Shown here in pieces: positions 39,824 through 48,154 of a DNA stretch of 64,000 nucleotides. Position 1 is the stretch's first letter, and each line of letters begins with the position of its first letter. The position numbers and the translations under genes were made by a program. Under the pieces are notes generated by a model. The model was given only the letters and a program-made list of their open reading frames with translations. It did not search any database and was not told where the DNA came from. Source of the DNA: Candidatus Limnocylindrales bacterium (GTDB lineage: Bacteria > Chloroflexota > Limnocylindria > Limnocylindrales > CSP1-4); the NCBI GenBank assembly GCA_035540555.1, contig DATLGJ010000001.1, forward strand, positions 73,032 to 137,031, given 5' to 3'.

Positions 39824-39834
39824 TTTGCTATCGT
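39824..39834 (+). promoter_or_regulatory. candidate extended -10 (TTTGCTATCGT) placing the transcription start at about the GTG 39841 (leaderless)
   Basis: the -10 hexamer TATCGT ends at 39834, 6 nt before the start codon; no RBS is possible. Confidence 0.4.
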
Positions 39835-39840
39835 GGCCGG

Positions 39841-40269
39841 GTGCCCATCACCAGCCAGCAGAAGTCGGAGGCGTTGAGCCGGCTGCCGCTATTTGCTGGC
39901 ATCAGCGAGGAATCACTCCGACGTCTGTCCGAGGCCGCCGGCGAGCAGGAATTCGGGCCGGGTGAGTTCATAGTCCGCCAGGGGCAGCTGGGCTCCGGCC
40001 TCTACGTCATCCTCGAGGGCGAGGCGAGCGTCCTGCGCGGGTCAACCGAGCTGGCCCGGCTCGGGCCGGGCGAGTTCTTCGGCGAAATGGCCGTGCTCGA
40101 CCAGCAGCCGCGCATGGCCAGCGTTCGGGCCGAGTCGCAGACTCGCTGCCTCGCCATCGCGTCGTGGGACCTGCTCAGGCAGCTCGAGGAGGACAGTGCC
40201 CTGGCGCTCAACCTCATTCACGGCCTCGTCGCCCGGATCCGCGCCTTCGGCGAGAGTCACCGCCACTGA
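39841..40269 (+). CDS. stand-alone cyclic-nucleotide-binding (CAP/PKA-type) domain protein
   Basis: 142 aa; phosphate-binding cassette FFGEMAVLDQQPRMASV retains the Arg. Confidence 0.85.
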   Translation: MPITSQQKSEALSRLPLFAGISEESLRRLSEAAGEQEFGPGEFIVRQGQLGSGLYVILEGEASVLRGSTELARLGPGEFFGEMAVLDQQPRMASVRAESQTRCLAIASWDLLRQLEEDSALALNLIHGLVARIRAFGESHRH

Positions 40270-40271
40270 CG

Positions 40272-40697
40272 ATGGCGCTGTCACGGCAGCAGCTGGTGGA
40301 CACGATCGGCGGGCTGTCGCTGTTCGCCGACCTCACACCGACCCAGCTCGAGCAGGTCGCCCACCGATTGGCCGAGGAGTCCTACCCCGCCGGACAGCGG
40401 ATCCTGCGCCAGGGATTCACCGGCACCGGCTTCTACGTCATCCTCGAGGGCGAGGTGGCCATCCGCATCGACGGCGAGGAGCGCGCCAGGCTCGGCAAAG
40501 GCGACTTCTTCGGGGAGATGTCCGTGTTGCTGGGCGAGCCGCCCGTGGCCGATGTGGTCGCCCTGCGCCAGCTGCACGTTCTGCACCTGGGCGGGCCGGA
40601 GCTCGAGGGCTTCCTGCGCGAGCATCCGGCGGTGATGCTTCGGATGCTCAGGACGGTCGCCCTGCGGCTGCGGAACGCGAGCCGGTGGCGGAGCTAG
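40272..40697 (+). CDS. second stand-alone cNMP-binding-domain protein with a degenerate phosphate-binding cassette
   Basis: 141 aa from ATG 40272 (2 nt after the upstream stop); FFGEMSVLLGEPPVADV lacks the conserved Arg. Confidence 0.8.
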   Translation: MALSRQQLVDTIGGLSLFADLTPTQLEQVAHRLAEESYPAGQRILRQGFTGTGFYVILEGEVAIRIDGEERARLGKGDFFGEMSVLLGEPPVADVVALRQLHVLHLGGPELEGFLREHPAVMLRMLRTVALRLRNASRWRS

Positions 40698-42199
40698 CAG
40701 ACCGGCCGTTCCCACCGGGCGATTACCCGGTCGTGGTGGTCGGCAGCGGCCCGGGCGGGCTGCAGGCCAGCTACTTCCTCAGGCGACTGGGCATCGCCCA
40801 TGCGGTCATCTCCGCCGATGAGCGACCCGGCGGCATGTTCCGGCGCTTTCCGTTCTTCCAGCGCCTGCTGTCGTGGACGAAGCCCTACGCACCCGCCCCG
40901 CGCGACGACCGGTGGTACGAGTGGTACGACTGGAACAGCCTGCTCGCCGACGAGCCGCAGAACCGCTCGATCATGGCCGAGCTGATGGATGGCTCCTCGT
41001 CGTTCCCATCGCGCCCGGAGATGGAGCTGAACCTGTCCACGTTCGCCCACCGCACTGGCGTGAGCGTTCGCTACGGCTGCACGTGGCGCGGAACCCGCCG
41101 CGATGAAGATCGCTTCGTGCTCGAGACGACCGACGGCGACTACCGCTGTCAGGTCGCCATCTTCGCGGTCGGGGTAGCCCAGCCGTGGAAGCCCGAGACG
41201 CCCGGATTCGAGCACGTGCCGCATTACGCGGAGACGCGCGACGCCGCCGAATACGCCGGCCGGAAGCTGTTCATCGTGGGCAAGGAGAACTCTGCCTTCG
41301 AGCTGGCCACCGGGCTGCTGCCCTGGGCGCAGCGGATCGTGCTCGCCTCGCCACGCCCGGCGAAGCTGTCGGTCAACCTTCACTCGCTGGCTGGGGTGCG
41401 TGCCCGCTACATCCAGCCCGTCGAGGACGAGGTCCTGGGCGGCGGCGTGTTCATCATCAATGCATCCATCGACCGCATCGACCGCTCGGCGGGTGGCTAC
41501 CGCGTCCGGTGCCTGCGCTCGGACGGCGGTGGTGAGCTCAACGTGGACGCAGACGAGGTGATTGCCGCCACCGGCTGGACCTGCCCGTTGAACGATCTGT
41601 CCGAGCTCGGCGTCTCCGTCTTCGGCCGGAGCCTGCTGCCGTCGATGACCAACTACTGGCAGTCGGCCAGCGTTCCGGGGATCTACTTCGCGGGCACCAT
41701 CGGCCAGGGCGTGGCAGGGATGAAGAAGTACGGCATGCCGGCCAACTCGGGCGCGGTCCATGGCGCTCGCTACAACGCACGAGTGATGGTCGAGCACCTG
41801 GCCGAAACCCACTTCGGCGTGGCCAGGCATCAGCCCGTGGTCGAGCCCGAGCGGATCGTCGAGATGCTGCTCCAGGCCGCCACCCGTTCCCCCGAGCTGT
41901 GGAACCAGAAGTCTTATCTGTGCCGTGCGGTGGCGCTCGATCCCTCCTCCGGCAGCCGCGACCTCGGCGTCATGCCCTTGGCCGACTTCGTCGACCGGGA
42001 GGGCGTTGCCGCGGTTGCCATCGCGGTCGAGACGGACGACAGCGGCGACATCCATCCGGCGGTCTACGTCAGGCCGGCCAACCGACCCGCAGTCGAGACC
42101 CTGCTCGAGTCCGACCCGCTGCACGACTTTCGAACGCCGGCGAACCGGGCCCAGATGGCCAGCCTGCTCAAGGAGGCCACCAGCGGGGCGATCCGGTGA
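40685..42199 (+). CDS. FAD/NAD(P)-binding oxidoreductase (flavin monooxygenase / pyridine-nucleotide-disulfide-oxidoreductase-like)
   Basis: 504 aa from GTG 40685 (overlaps the upstream stop by 13 nt); VVVVGSGPGGLQASYFL, second dinucleotide motif FIVGKENSAFELA; the N-terminal part of track ORF 40196.. is a shadow. Confidence 0.8.
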   Translation: MAELADRPFPPGDYPVVVVGSGPGGLQASYFLRRLGIAHAVISADERPGGMFRRFPFFQRLLSWTKPYAPAPRDDRWYEWYDWNSLLADEPQNRSIMAELMDGSSSFPSRPEMELNLSTFAHRTGVSVRYGCTWRGTRRDEDRFVLETTDGDYRCQVAIFAVGVAQPWKPETPGFEHVPHYAETRDAAEYAGRKLFIVGKENSAFELATGLLPWAQRIVLASPRPAKLSVNLHSLAGVRARYIQPVEDEVLGGGVFIINASIDRIDRSAGGYRVRCLRSDGGGELNVDADEVIAATGWTCPLNDLSELGVSVFGRSLLPSMTNYWQSASVPGIYFAGTIGQGVAGMKKYGMPANSGAVHGARYNARVMVEHLAETHFGVARHQPVVEPERIVEMLLQAATRSPELWNQKSYLCRAVALDPSSGSRDLGVMPLADFVDREGVAAVAIAVETDDSGDIHPAVYVRPANRPAVETLLESDPLHDFRTPANRAQMASLLKEATSGAIR

Positions 42200-42879
42200 G
42201 CGCGGAGCGGCTCGACGAGATCAACTCGAGCATTGTCGGGTGCACGCGCTGCGCGCGTTTGGTGGCGTGGCGGGAGGCTGCTGCCCGCACCCCGCCACGT
42301 CGATTCGCCGGCCACCGGTACTGGGCCCGGCCCCTCCCCGGGTTCGGCGACCCGGCAGCCAGAGTCCTGGTGGTCGGCCTTGCGCCGGCCGCCCACGGTG
42401 GCAATCGGACCGGCCGCATCTTCACCGGTGATCGGTCGGGCGACTTCCTCTTCCAGGCCCTTCACGCGACCGGCTTCGCCAACCAGCCCACCTCGACCCA
42501 CATCGGCGACGGGCTGGCGGTCATCGACCTCTACATTGCGGCCATCAACCGCTGCGCTCCGCCCGCCAACCTGCCTACGCTCGAGGAGCGGGCCAACTGC
42601 CGGCCGTACCTGGTAGCTCAGATTGCCGCTCTCGAGCGGCTGCAGGTCATCGTCTGCCTGGGTGGCATGGCCTGGCAGGGAACGCTGCTGGCCCTCGCTG
42701 AGCTCGGCCTCGCTGCCCGCCCGAAGCCAGTCTTTGGCCACGGCCGGGAGGCGCGCGTCGGGCCGTTCCGACTGCTCGGTGCCTATCACCCGAGCCAGCA
42801 GAACACGTTTACCGGCCGGCTGACGCTGCCGATGATGGTCGACGTATTCGGTCATGCCCGCCGGCTGGCGGCCACCTGA
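42196..42879 (+). CDS. uracil-DNA glycosylase, Fe-S family 4/5 type
   Basis: 227 aa from GTG 42196 (GTGA overlap); CTRCARL, GLAPAAHGGNRTGRIFTGD, NRCAPP, NCRPYL, YHPSQQN. Confidence 0.85.
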   Translation: MSAERLDEINSSIVGCTRCARLVAWREAAARTPPRRFAGHRYWARPLPGFGDPAARVLVVGLAPAAHGGNRTGRIFTGDRSGDFLFQALHATGFANQPTSTHIGDGLAVIDLYIAAINRCAPPANLPTLEERANCRPYLVAQIAALERLQVIVCLGGMAWQGTLLALAELGLAARPKPVFGHGREARVGPFRLLGAYHPSQQNTFTGRLTLPMMVDVFGHARRLAAT

Positions 42880-42932
42880 GAAGGCACCCGCCCGCGGCCG
42901 GGCGCCCGCACTCGGCCGCTGGAAGGGGTATC

Positions 42933-43790
42933 GTGGGGACGATGCGCGTGGGTCGCCGTCCCGCCGCGCAGATCCGCAGCGGGGAGCATATGGCCGGTCG
43001 AACCGTGCGCCGAGAGGAAGACGACCTCGCCCAGGAGCTCGAGCATGCGCTGGGCAGCGACGAGATACGGCTCGAATACCAACCGGTCGTGCGGCTGGGA
43101 AGCGGGCAGGTCGCCGGGGCCGAGGCGCTCGTGCGCTGGCGCCACCCCCGCCGGGGGATGCTGAACCCGAGCGACTTCCTGCCCGTCGCCAAGCGCAGCG
43201 GCATCCTCGACCGGTTGGGTCAGATGGTCCTCGAGCAGGCGTGCCGGACGGCGGCCGGCTGGCCCAGGCCGTCGAGTCGCACCTCCTACTTCGTCAGCGT
43301 CAACTTCTCGGTCGACCAGCTCGAGGCGGACTCGGCCGTGGAGTCGATAGTGGCGGCCACCTCGGCCACCGGCCTGGCGCCAGAGCAGCTGGTGCTGGAG
43401 GTGACCAGCAACGTCGGCCCGGACGGGGCGCGCGTAGCGCAGACGGTCAGTGCGCTGCGCGAGGCCGGCATTCGCGTCGCGCTCGATGACTTCGGCAGCG
43501 CGACGTCGCTGCGCGACCTGAAGCAGCTTGGCGTCGACTTCGTCAAGTTGGACCGCGAGTTCGTGGTCGATGTGGACGGCCCGCCGGCAGATTCGGCGTT
43601 TGCCCTGGCCGTGCTTCGCCTGGCCGAGGCGCGCGGGGCAGAGGCGGTGGCCAAGGGCATCGAATCGCGCGAGCAGGCCTGGCGGCTGGCCGAGCTCGGC
43701 TGTCGCTACGGCCAGGGGTTCTTCTTCAGCAAGCCCCTCGGGGCCACGGGCATCATCGCCATCCTGCGTCAGGGAACCCTGCGCGGCTGA
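42933..43790 (+). CDS. EAL-domain protein (putative c-di-GMP phosphodiesterase) without a sensor domain
   Basis: 285 aa; YQPVV, EALVRWRHP, NFS, LEVTSN, DDFGSATS, VKLDREF, AKGIES, GQGFFFSKP. Confidence 0.9.
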   Translation: MGTMRVGRRPAAQIRSGEHMAGRTVRREEDDLAQELEHALGSDEIRLEYQPVVRLGSGQVAGAEALVRWRHPRRGMLNPSDFLPVAKRSGILDRLGQMVLEQACRTAAGWPRPSSRTSYFVSVNFSVDQLEADSAVESIVAATSATGLAPEQLVLEVTSNVGPDGARVAQTVSALREAGIRVALDDFGSATSLRDLKQLGVDFVKLDREFVVDVDGPPADSAFALAVLRLAEARGAEAVAKGIESREQAWRLAELGCRYGQGFFFSKPLGATGIIAILRQGTLRG

Positions 43791-43894
43791 CCGCCGGCTA
43801 ACCCAGCTACAGCCGCCGACCGAAGCGCGGCTGCAAGACGCCCGCGCGGGCGCGGCATTCACAGCGTCGGTGCTGCGCCGCCACCATCGCGGCG

Positions 43895-45034
43895 ATGGCA
43901 ATTCTGGCCGGCCTGGCCGGCATTCTGGGGCGTTTTGCCGGGCGTCTCCTGAACACCACCCTCGGCTGGGCGACCACGCTCCTGTTCGGCAAGGTCTCGG
44001 CAACACAGCAGACCGTCCTGCTGGTCGTCGTCTTCGCGTCGCTTGGCTGGATCGTCCTGATCGCCGGAGTGATCGTGCCGGAAATCGGCACGATGCTGCT
44101 TGCGTTCGTGCCGATTCCCGATTTCGTCGAGGAGACATGGATCCGGCTGGCCATGCTCGCCGGCGCGTTGATCCTGCCGCTGGCTGTCGGCGCCGCGGCG
44201 GTCTTCGTCACGCCGGCCGAGCGCCGACCGAGTGGTGCGGCGTCGCTCATCAAGGCGGTGTTGCGTGGCTACCCCTTCACCTTCGCGCTCGCGCTGACCA
44301 TTGTCGTTCTGGCCGGGGTCGCCACCTTCCGCCGCCTGCGCGCGCTCGCCAAACGCTGGGAGGACACCCATCTGCCGGTGATCGTCAAGCCTGGTGAGTA
44401 CGACGACGTGCTTGCGCGCATCCACGGCGTCCTTGGCCAGGCGGGCATGCAGACGACCGTCACGCCGGCACCGAAGATCGTCTCGCTGCCACCGAAGGTG
44501 CTGGATCAGGCGGCGGGGAAGGCGCTCGGCGCGCTGGTGCCGGACAACCTGATGCTGCTCTCCTCGCCCGAGCTCGAGATCCTGGTCTATCCGTCAGATC
44601 TGGCCATGTCGGGCACCAAGCAGAAGGTGGCCGCGGCCCGCGCGGCGATCGTCTCGCGGCTCACCTACGCGCCCGCGTACATGACCGGCGACCCTGCCGC
44701 GCAGGCAATCGAGGACCAGATCCAGATTCACGCCCTGGCCGTGCCCGGCGCGGGCCGCGACGCCGACGAACACACCATTGCGGACCTCGACCAGAAGCTG
44801 GCAGCGCTGCTCGTGTCCTTCGAGGACTGGGAGACCACCTACCGCCAGCGCCTGCAGCTGGAGCGCGATCTGCTTCGCCAGCGCTCGAGCCCGGGCCAGC
44901 CGGACCGCGCCGCGGACGAGCCGTCAGGCGGCGGCCGGGGCCATCTGCTCCAGCGCGCCGCAGCGGCCGGCTTCATCGGCCTGGTCATCGCCGACATCTT
45001 CCTGCTGCTCAAGCGCCGGGGCGCCGAGGAGTAG
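43895..45034 (+). CDS. membrane protein, unknown function (N-terminal TM bundle, soluble middle, C-terminal TM anchor)
   Basis: 379 aa; protein-like composition; no recognised motif. Confidence 0.6.
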   Translation: MAILAGLAGILGRFAGRLLNTTLGWATTLLFGKVSATQQTVLLVVVFASLGWIVLIAGVIVPEIGTMLLAFVPIPDFVEETWIRLAMLAGALILPLAVGAAAVFVTPAERRPSGAASLIKAVLRGYPFTFALALTIVVLAGVATFRRLRALAKRWEDTHLPVIVKPGEYDDVLARIHGVLGQAGMQTTVTPAPKIVSLPPKVLDQAAGKALGALVPDNLMLLSSPELEILVYPSDLAMSGTKQKVAAARAAIVSRLTYAPAYMTGDPAAQAIEDQIQIHALAVPGAGRDADEHTIADLDQKLAALLVSFEDWETTYRQRLQLERDLLRQRSSPGQPDRAADEPSGGGRGHLLQRAAAAGFIGLVIADIFLLLKRRGAEE

Positions 45035-45069
45035 CCGGCTGCGAACAGGACGGCTCGCTCCAGGAAGAT

Positions 45070-45145
45070 TGGCGCGCCCGGCGGGACTCGAACCCACGAC
45101 CTTCTGCTCCGGAGGCAGACGCTCTATCCGCTGAGCTACGGGCGC
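45070..45145 (-). tRNA. tRNA-Arg (anticodon CCG), CCA encoded
   Basis: minus strand GCGCCCG-TA-GCTC-AGCGGATA-GAGC-G-TCTGC-CTCCGGA-GCAGA-AGGTC-GTGGG-TTCGAGT-CCCGC-CGGGCGC-G-CCA; cloverleaf folded by hand. Confidence 0.93.
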
Positions 45146-45184
45146 TTGCCGTGAAGCGTATCACCGCCCAATGCCCTGGCCGTG

Positions 45185-45363
45185 GAATCGAAGCGGCCCC
45201 TCCGAAGAGGGGCCGCCGCACTGTCCCGGCCGATCCGATGACCGGAGCCATCGGTGCTCTGCCACGCCACAAGGGCATCTATCACGCCGGCTGCACCGGC
45301 TACCCTAACCCAGCCTACCCATGACCTTGCGCCTGGGGCAGCGACTACCGCCGAAGCGGCATC
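45185..45363 (-). ncRNA. candidate ~180-nt structured small RNA of unknown family
   Basis: minus strand has TTGAGA (45398-45393)-N17-TAGACT (45375-45370), several hairpins (GCCGC-UUCG-GCGGU; CCGG-UGCAG-CCGG; CCGAUG-N8-CAUCGG) and a 10-bp GC hairpin at 45216-45193 followed by UUCGAUUCC. The only ORF here has poor codon usage and runs into the tRNA. Confidence 0.3.
45193..45216 (-). terminator. 10-bp GC-rich hairpin with tetraloop (GCGGCCCCTC-nnnn-GAGGGGCCGC)
   Basis: perfect stem; weak U-tract only on the minus-strand reading; 47 nt upstream of tRNA-Arg. Confidence 0.45.
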
Positions 45364-45402
45364 GCCCATAGTCTACCTTCGGTCGCGGCCCATCTCAAGG
45401 GG

Positions 45403-45419
45403 TTATGCAGGCTGCATAG
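45403..45419. promoter_or_regulatory. palindrome TTATGCAGGCTGCATAG; second near-identical copy at 56479-56495
   Basis: core TATGCAG-G-CTGCATA is identical at both sites with the same central base on the plus strand; this copy ends 5 nt upstream of the candidate sRNA -35. Confidence 0.4.
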
Positions 45420-45456
45420 TTAACATTCCGTAATCTCTTCGGACCGTCGCAAGGCA

Positions 45457-46236
45457 TCACTCGCCTGTCTCGACGGTGACGCCGGTCATCAGAACGGGAT
45501 CAACGGCCAGGTCCTGGTTTGGCCCGGTCGTCTCGCCCTCCACGATGTCATCGGCCACATCCATGCCCTCGAGCACCTCGCCGAAGATCACGTATCCGCC
45601 GCCTTCGAGGTGGGGCGCATCGCCGACCAGGATGAAGAACTGCGAGCCTTGAGAGTTCGGCGCCACCGTGCGGGCCATCGCCACCATGCCGCGCGTGTAC
45701 TCGCCGACGACCGGCTCGTCAGGGATGGTGTAGCCCGGGCCTCCGCTTCCGTCACCCTGCGGGTCGCCGCCCTGGATCATGAAGCCGGGAATGATCCGAT
45801 GGAAGCCGACGCCCTCGTAGAAACCTGCCTGAGCAAGATTGATGAAGTTCCGGCTGGCGACCGGCGCCGAGTCGGTGAACAGCTCAATGACGATATCGCC
45901 CAGCTCGGTGCTGACCGTTGCGGTGGTGCCGTCACCGGCCGGCGCTGCGGGCGGGCTGGCCAGCGGGGTGACCGCCGGCGGAGTGAGTCCGGCGATGGGC
46001 GTCCGTACCGGTGTCGGCTCGGGACCGGGCACGAAGCTGTCGAGCACACCGGACATGAGCACGACGATGACCAGCAGCACTGCGGCCATCGAGCCGCCGA
46101 CGGCCATCGCTGCTGTCGCCAGGGCGCGGGGGCTGTTGGGCTCCGTCGCCCAGGCCGGGTTCGCTCGCTCCTTCTGGCGCGGCTCGTGGCGCGCGTCGCG
46201 CGGCGTCCGATGGCGGGCGTCGCGGTTGGTGCTCAT
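45457..46236 (-). CDS. cyclophilin-type peptidyl-prolyl cis-trans isomerase with an N-terminal membrane anchor
   Basis: 259 aa; FHRIIPGFMIQGGDP, GMVAMAR, SQFFI. Confidence 0.92.
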   Translation of the reverse strand: MSTNRDARHRTPRDARHEPRQKERANPAWATEPNSPRALATAAMAVGGSMAAVLLVIVVLMSGVLDSFVPGPEPTPVRTPIAGLTPPAVTPLASPPAAPAGDGTTATVSTELGDIVIELFTDSAPVASRNFINLAQAGFYEGVGFHRIIPGFMIQGGDPQGDGSGGPGYTIPDEPVVGEYTRGMVAMARTVAPNSQGSQFFILVGDAPHLEGGGYVIFGEVLEGMDVADDIVEGETTGPNQDLAVDPVLMTGVTVETGE

Positions 46237-46961
46237 CTGGCTCCACCTCCGGTTGCGCTGCTCCGCGCTGCCTCCAGCGCGGACGAGAACTCGATCGACC
46301 CATTGAGCAGCGCCTCGCCCAGGATGATGGCGCTTACTCCGGCCGCAGCCAGCTCGGGCAGCATCGCCGGATCGGTTACTCCGCCGGCGAGCTGCAGCTC
46401 GACGTCCCGGCTGGACAGCTGCCTGAGCAGTGTGACATCCGGCCGGGCACCTCCGTGCGACAGCACCAGCCGCTGCACGCCCTCAGCCGCCAGCCATTCG
46501 ACGAGCTGATCAATGGACGGGGCCCGTCCATCCGGCCACGGATATGCGGCGAGCCGGTCAGGTCGCGGGTCCAGGCCGACCGCCAGCCAGGCCCCGCCGA
46601 TGCGGACGCACTCGCGCAGGCGTTGAGGCGACTCGGCGGCGACCCAAAGCGGAATGACGACTCGTGTTGCTCCAGCCGCGAAGGCCAGCTCGACCTGCTC
46701 GGGCCCGTCCACGCCGCCGGCCAGCTGCAGGGGTACGGCAACTGTTCGGGCGACCGCCTGGATGGCAGCGGTGTTGACCGGTGCGCCGCGCTTGGCGCCG
46801 TCGATGTCGACCAGGTGAACCTGCCGCGCCCCGGCCTCCACGAAGTGGCGGCAGATGCGCTCCGGCCGATCCGTCGGAGCCCCTTCGCCGGTCGCCGCGC
46901 CCGGCCAGAAGACGAGCCGCGAGCGACCGTTGACGAGATCCAGGCTGGGGACGATCTCCAT
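46233..46961 (-). CDS. HisA/HisF-family (beta/alpha)8-barrel protein, divergent paralog
   Basis: 242 aa; IVPSLDLVNGRS, HLVDIDGAKRG, LQLAGGV, LQLAGGVTD...AIILGEALL; no other his genes nearby. Confidence 0.7.
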   Translation of the reverse strand: MEIVPSLDLVNGRSRLVFWPGAATGEGAPTDRPERICRHFVEAGARQVHLVDIDGAKRGAPVNTAAIQAVARTVAVPLQLAGGVDGPEQVELAFAAGATRVVIPLWVAAESPQRLRECVRIGGAWLAVGLDPRPDRLAAYPWPDGRAPSIDQLVEWLAAEGVQRLVLSHGGARPDVTLLRQLSSRDVELQLAGGVTDPAMLPELAAAGVSAIILGEALLNGSIEFSSALEAARSSATGGGAR

Positions 46962-48052
46962 CAGGCCGCGACGGTCGTCGGCGCCAGGCCCACCTCTGCC
47001 AGGGCACGCTGGACGGCGGCCAGCGTCGACTCGATGTCCTCCTGGGTGATGCCGTAATGGGTCACTGCCCGGACGCGCGTTCCGCCCGGGTAGTCCAGCA
47101 TCCCCACGCCTTCCGATGAGAGTGCCTCGAGAAAGGCGCTGCGCAGCTCGGGCCTGGTCAGCTCGAAGAAGACGAAGTTGGTCCGGACCCGAGCCGGGTT
47201 CAGGTCGGTCACGCCGGGCAGGCCGACCAGGCCCTCGGCCAGGCGCCGGGCGTTGGCGTGATCCTCGGCCAACCGCTCGATCATGCCTGCCGAACCGTCG
47301 CGAAGGGCCACCAGGCCGGCAGCGGCAAGGACGCCGACCTGGCGCATCCCGCCGCCGAGCAGCTTGCGCGCGCGCCGCGCACGCCAGACGAAGTCACGGC
47401 TGCCGACGACGATCGAGCCGACCGGGCACGACAGCCCCTTTGAAAGGCAGAACGTCGCCGAATCCGCCGCCTCCAACAGCCTGCGGACGGGCTGGCCCAG
47501 CGCCACCGAAGCGTTGAAGATTCGCGCCCCGTCGACGTGCAGCGGTACGCCGCCATCTCGTGCGACCGCGCCGACCGCGTCAACGTACTCGGCCGGCAGC
47601 GGCTGGGCCATCGAGTCGGCGTGCGTGTTCTCGACCGTCACCAGCGCCGTGATCGGGTCGTGCGGGTCGCTCGGCTCGCGAAAGGCGGCGCGAATGGCGC
47701 TCAGCTCCATCCGGCCGTCGGTGTCCCACGGCAGAAGCTTCATCGAGGCGCCGACGACGACGGCGTAGTTGGCCGCCTCGTGGGCAAACGAGTGATTGCC
47801 GTCGCCGCCGATGATCTCGCCGCCTCGCGGCACGTGGGCCATCAGGCAGACGAGGTTGCCCATCGTGCCGCTCGGGACGAACAGGCCGGCTTCCTTGCCG
47901 GCCAGCTCGGCGGCCCGCTCTTCGAGCGCGATGACGGTGGGGTCGTCACCGAAGACGTCGTCACCCAGCTCGGCTTCAGCCATCGCGCGGCGCATCTCGG
48001 GCGTCGGATGGGTAACCGTATCGGAGCGCAGATCGATCTTGAGTCGGGTCAT
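46961..48052 (-). CDS. ltaE: low-specificity L-threonine aldolase
   Basis: C-terminal 363 aa of track ORF 46961..48616, ATG at 48052; DLRSDTVTHPT, GDDVFGDDPT, SGTMGN, FCLSKGL (PLP Lys). Confidence 0.9.
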   Translation of the reverse strand: MTRLKIDLRSDTVTHPTPEMRRAMAEAELGDDVFGDDPTVIALEERAAELAGKEAGLFVPSGTMGNLVCLMAHVPRGGEIIGGDGNHSFAHEAANYAVVVGASMKLLPWDTDGRMELSAIRAAFREPSDPHDPITALVTVENTHADSMAQPLPAEYVDAVGAVARDGGVPLHVDGARIFNASVALGQPVRRLLEAADSATFCLSKGLSCPVGSIVVGSRDFVWRARRARKLLGGGMRQVGVLAAAGLVALRDGSAGMIERLAEDHANARRLAEGLVGLPGVTDLNPARVRTNFVFFELTRPELRSAFLEALSSEGVGMLDYPGGTRVRAVTHYGITQEDIESTLAAVQRALAEVGLAPTTVAA

Positions 48053-48110
48053 GGGGAGGCCCGAGTATACGTTCAGCAGGCCGTACCCACTCGTCAGCCA
48101 AGGTGCCCGA

Positions 48111-48139
48111 CTGACAGGTCGAGTGCCTCCTGCTATCCT
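48111..48139 (+). promoter_or_regulatory. candidate tRNA-Asp promoter CTGACA-N17-TATCCT (with TGC extension)
   Basis: read directly; the -10 ends 15 nt before the tRNA 5' end. Confidence 0.45.
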
Positions 48140-48154
48140 CATGACTCGCCGCAA

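Noticed and set aside
40694-42124. 476-aa minus-strand ORF
   Set aside because: Antisense to the flavoprotein gene, which has clear dinucleotide-binding motifs.
42852-44138. 428-aa minus-strand ORF
   Set aside because: Antisense to the EAL gene and the following membrane-protein gene. Arg-rich with no motifs.
45295-45330. G-quadruplex in the GGGTAGGCTGGGTTAGGGTAG stretch (minus strand)
   Set aside because: Only three GGG runs. A fourth would need a GG tract, so it is not a convincing G4.
45136-45369. 77-aa ORF in the cyclophilin/tRNA-Arg gap
   Set aside because: Many A/T-ending codons atypical for this genome. It reads through a strong hairpin and terminates inside the tRNA gene.
45034-45456. 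Integrated element or genomic island at tRNA-Arg (and at tRNA-Asp, 48155-48231)
   Set aside because: No integrase, no direct repeat of the tRNA 3' end, and flanking genes are ordinary housekeeping genes.
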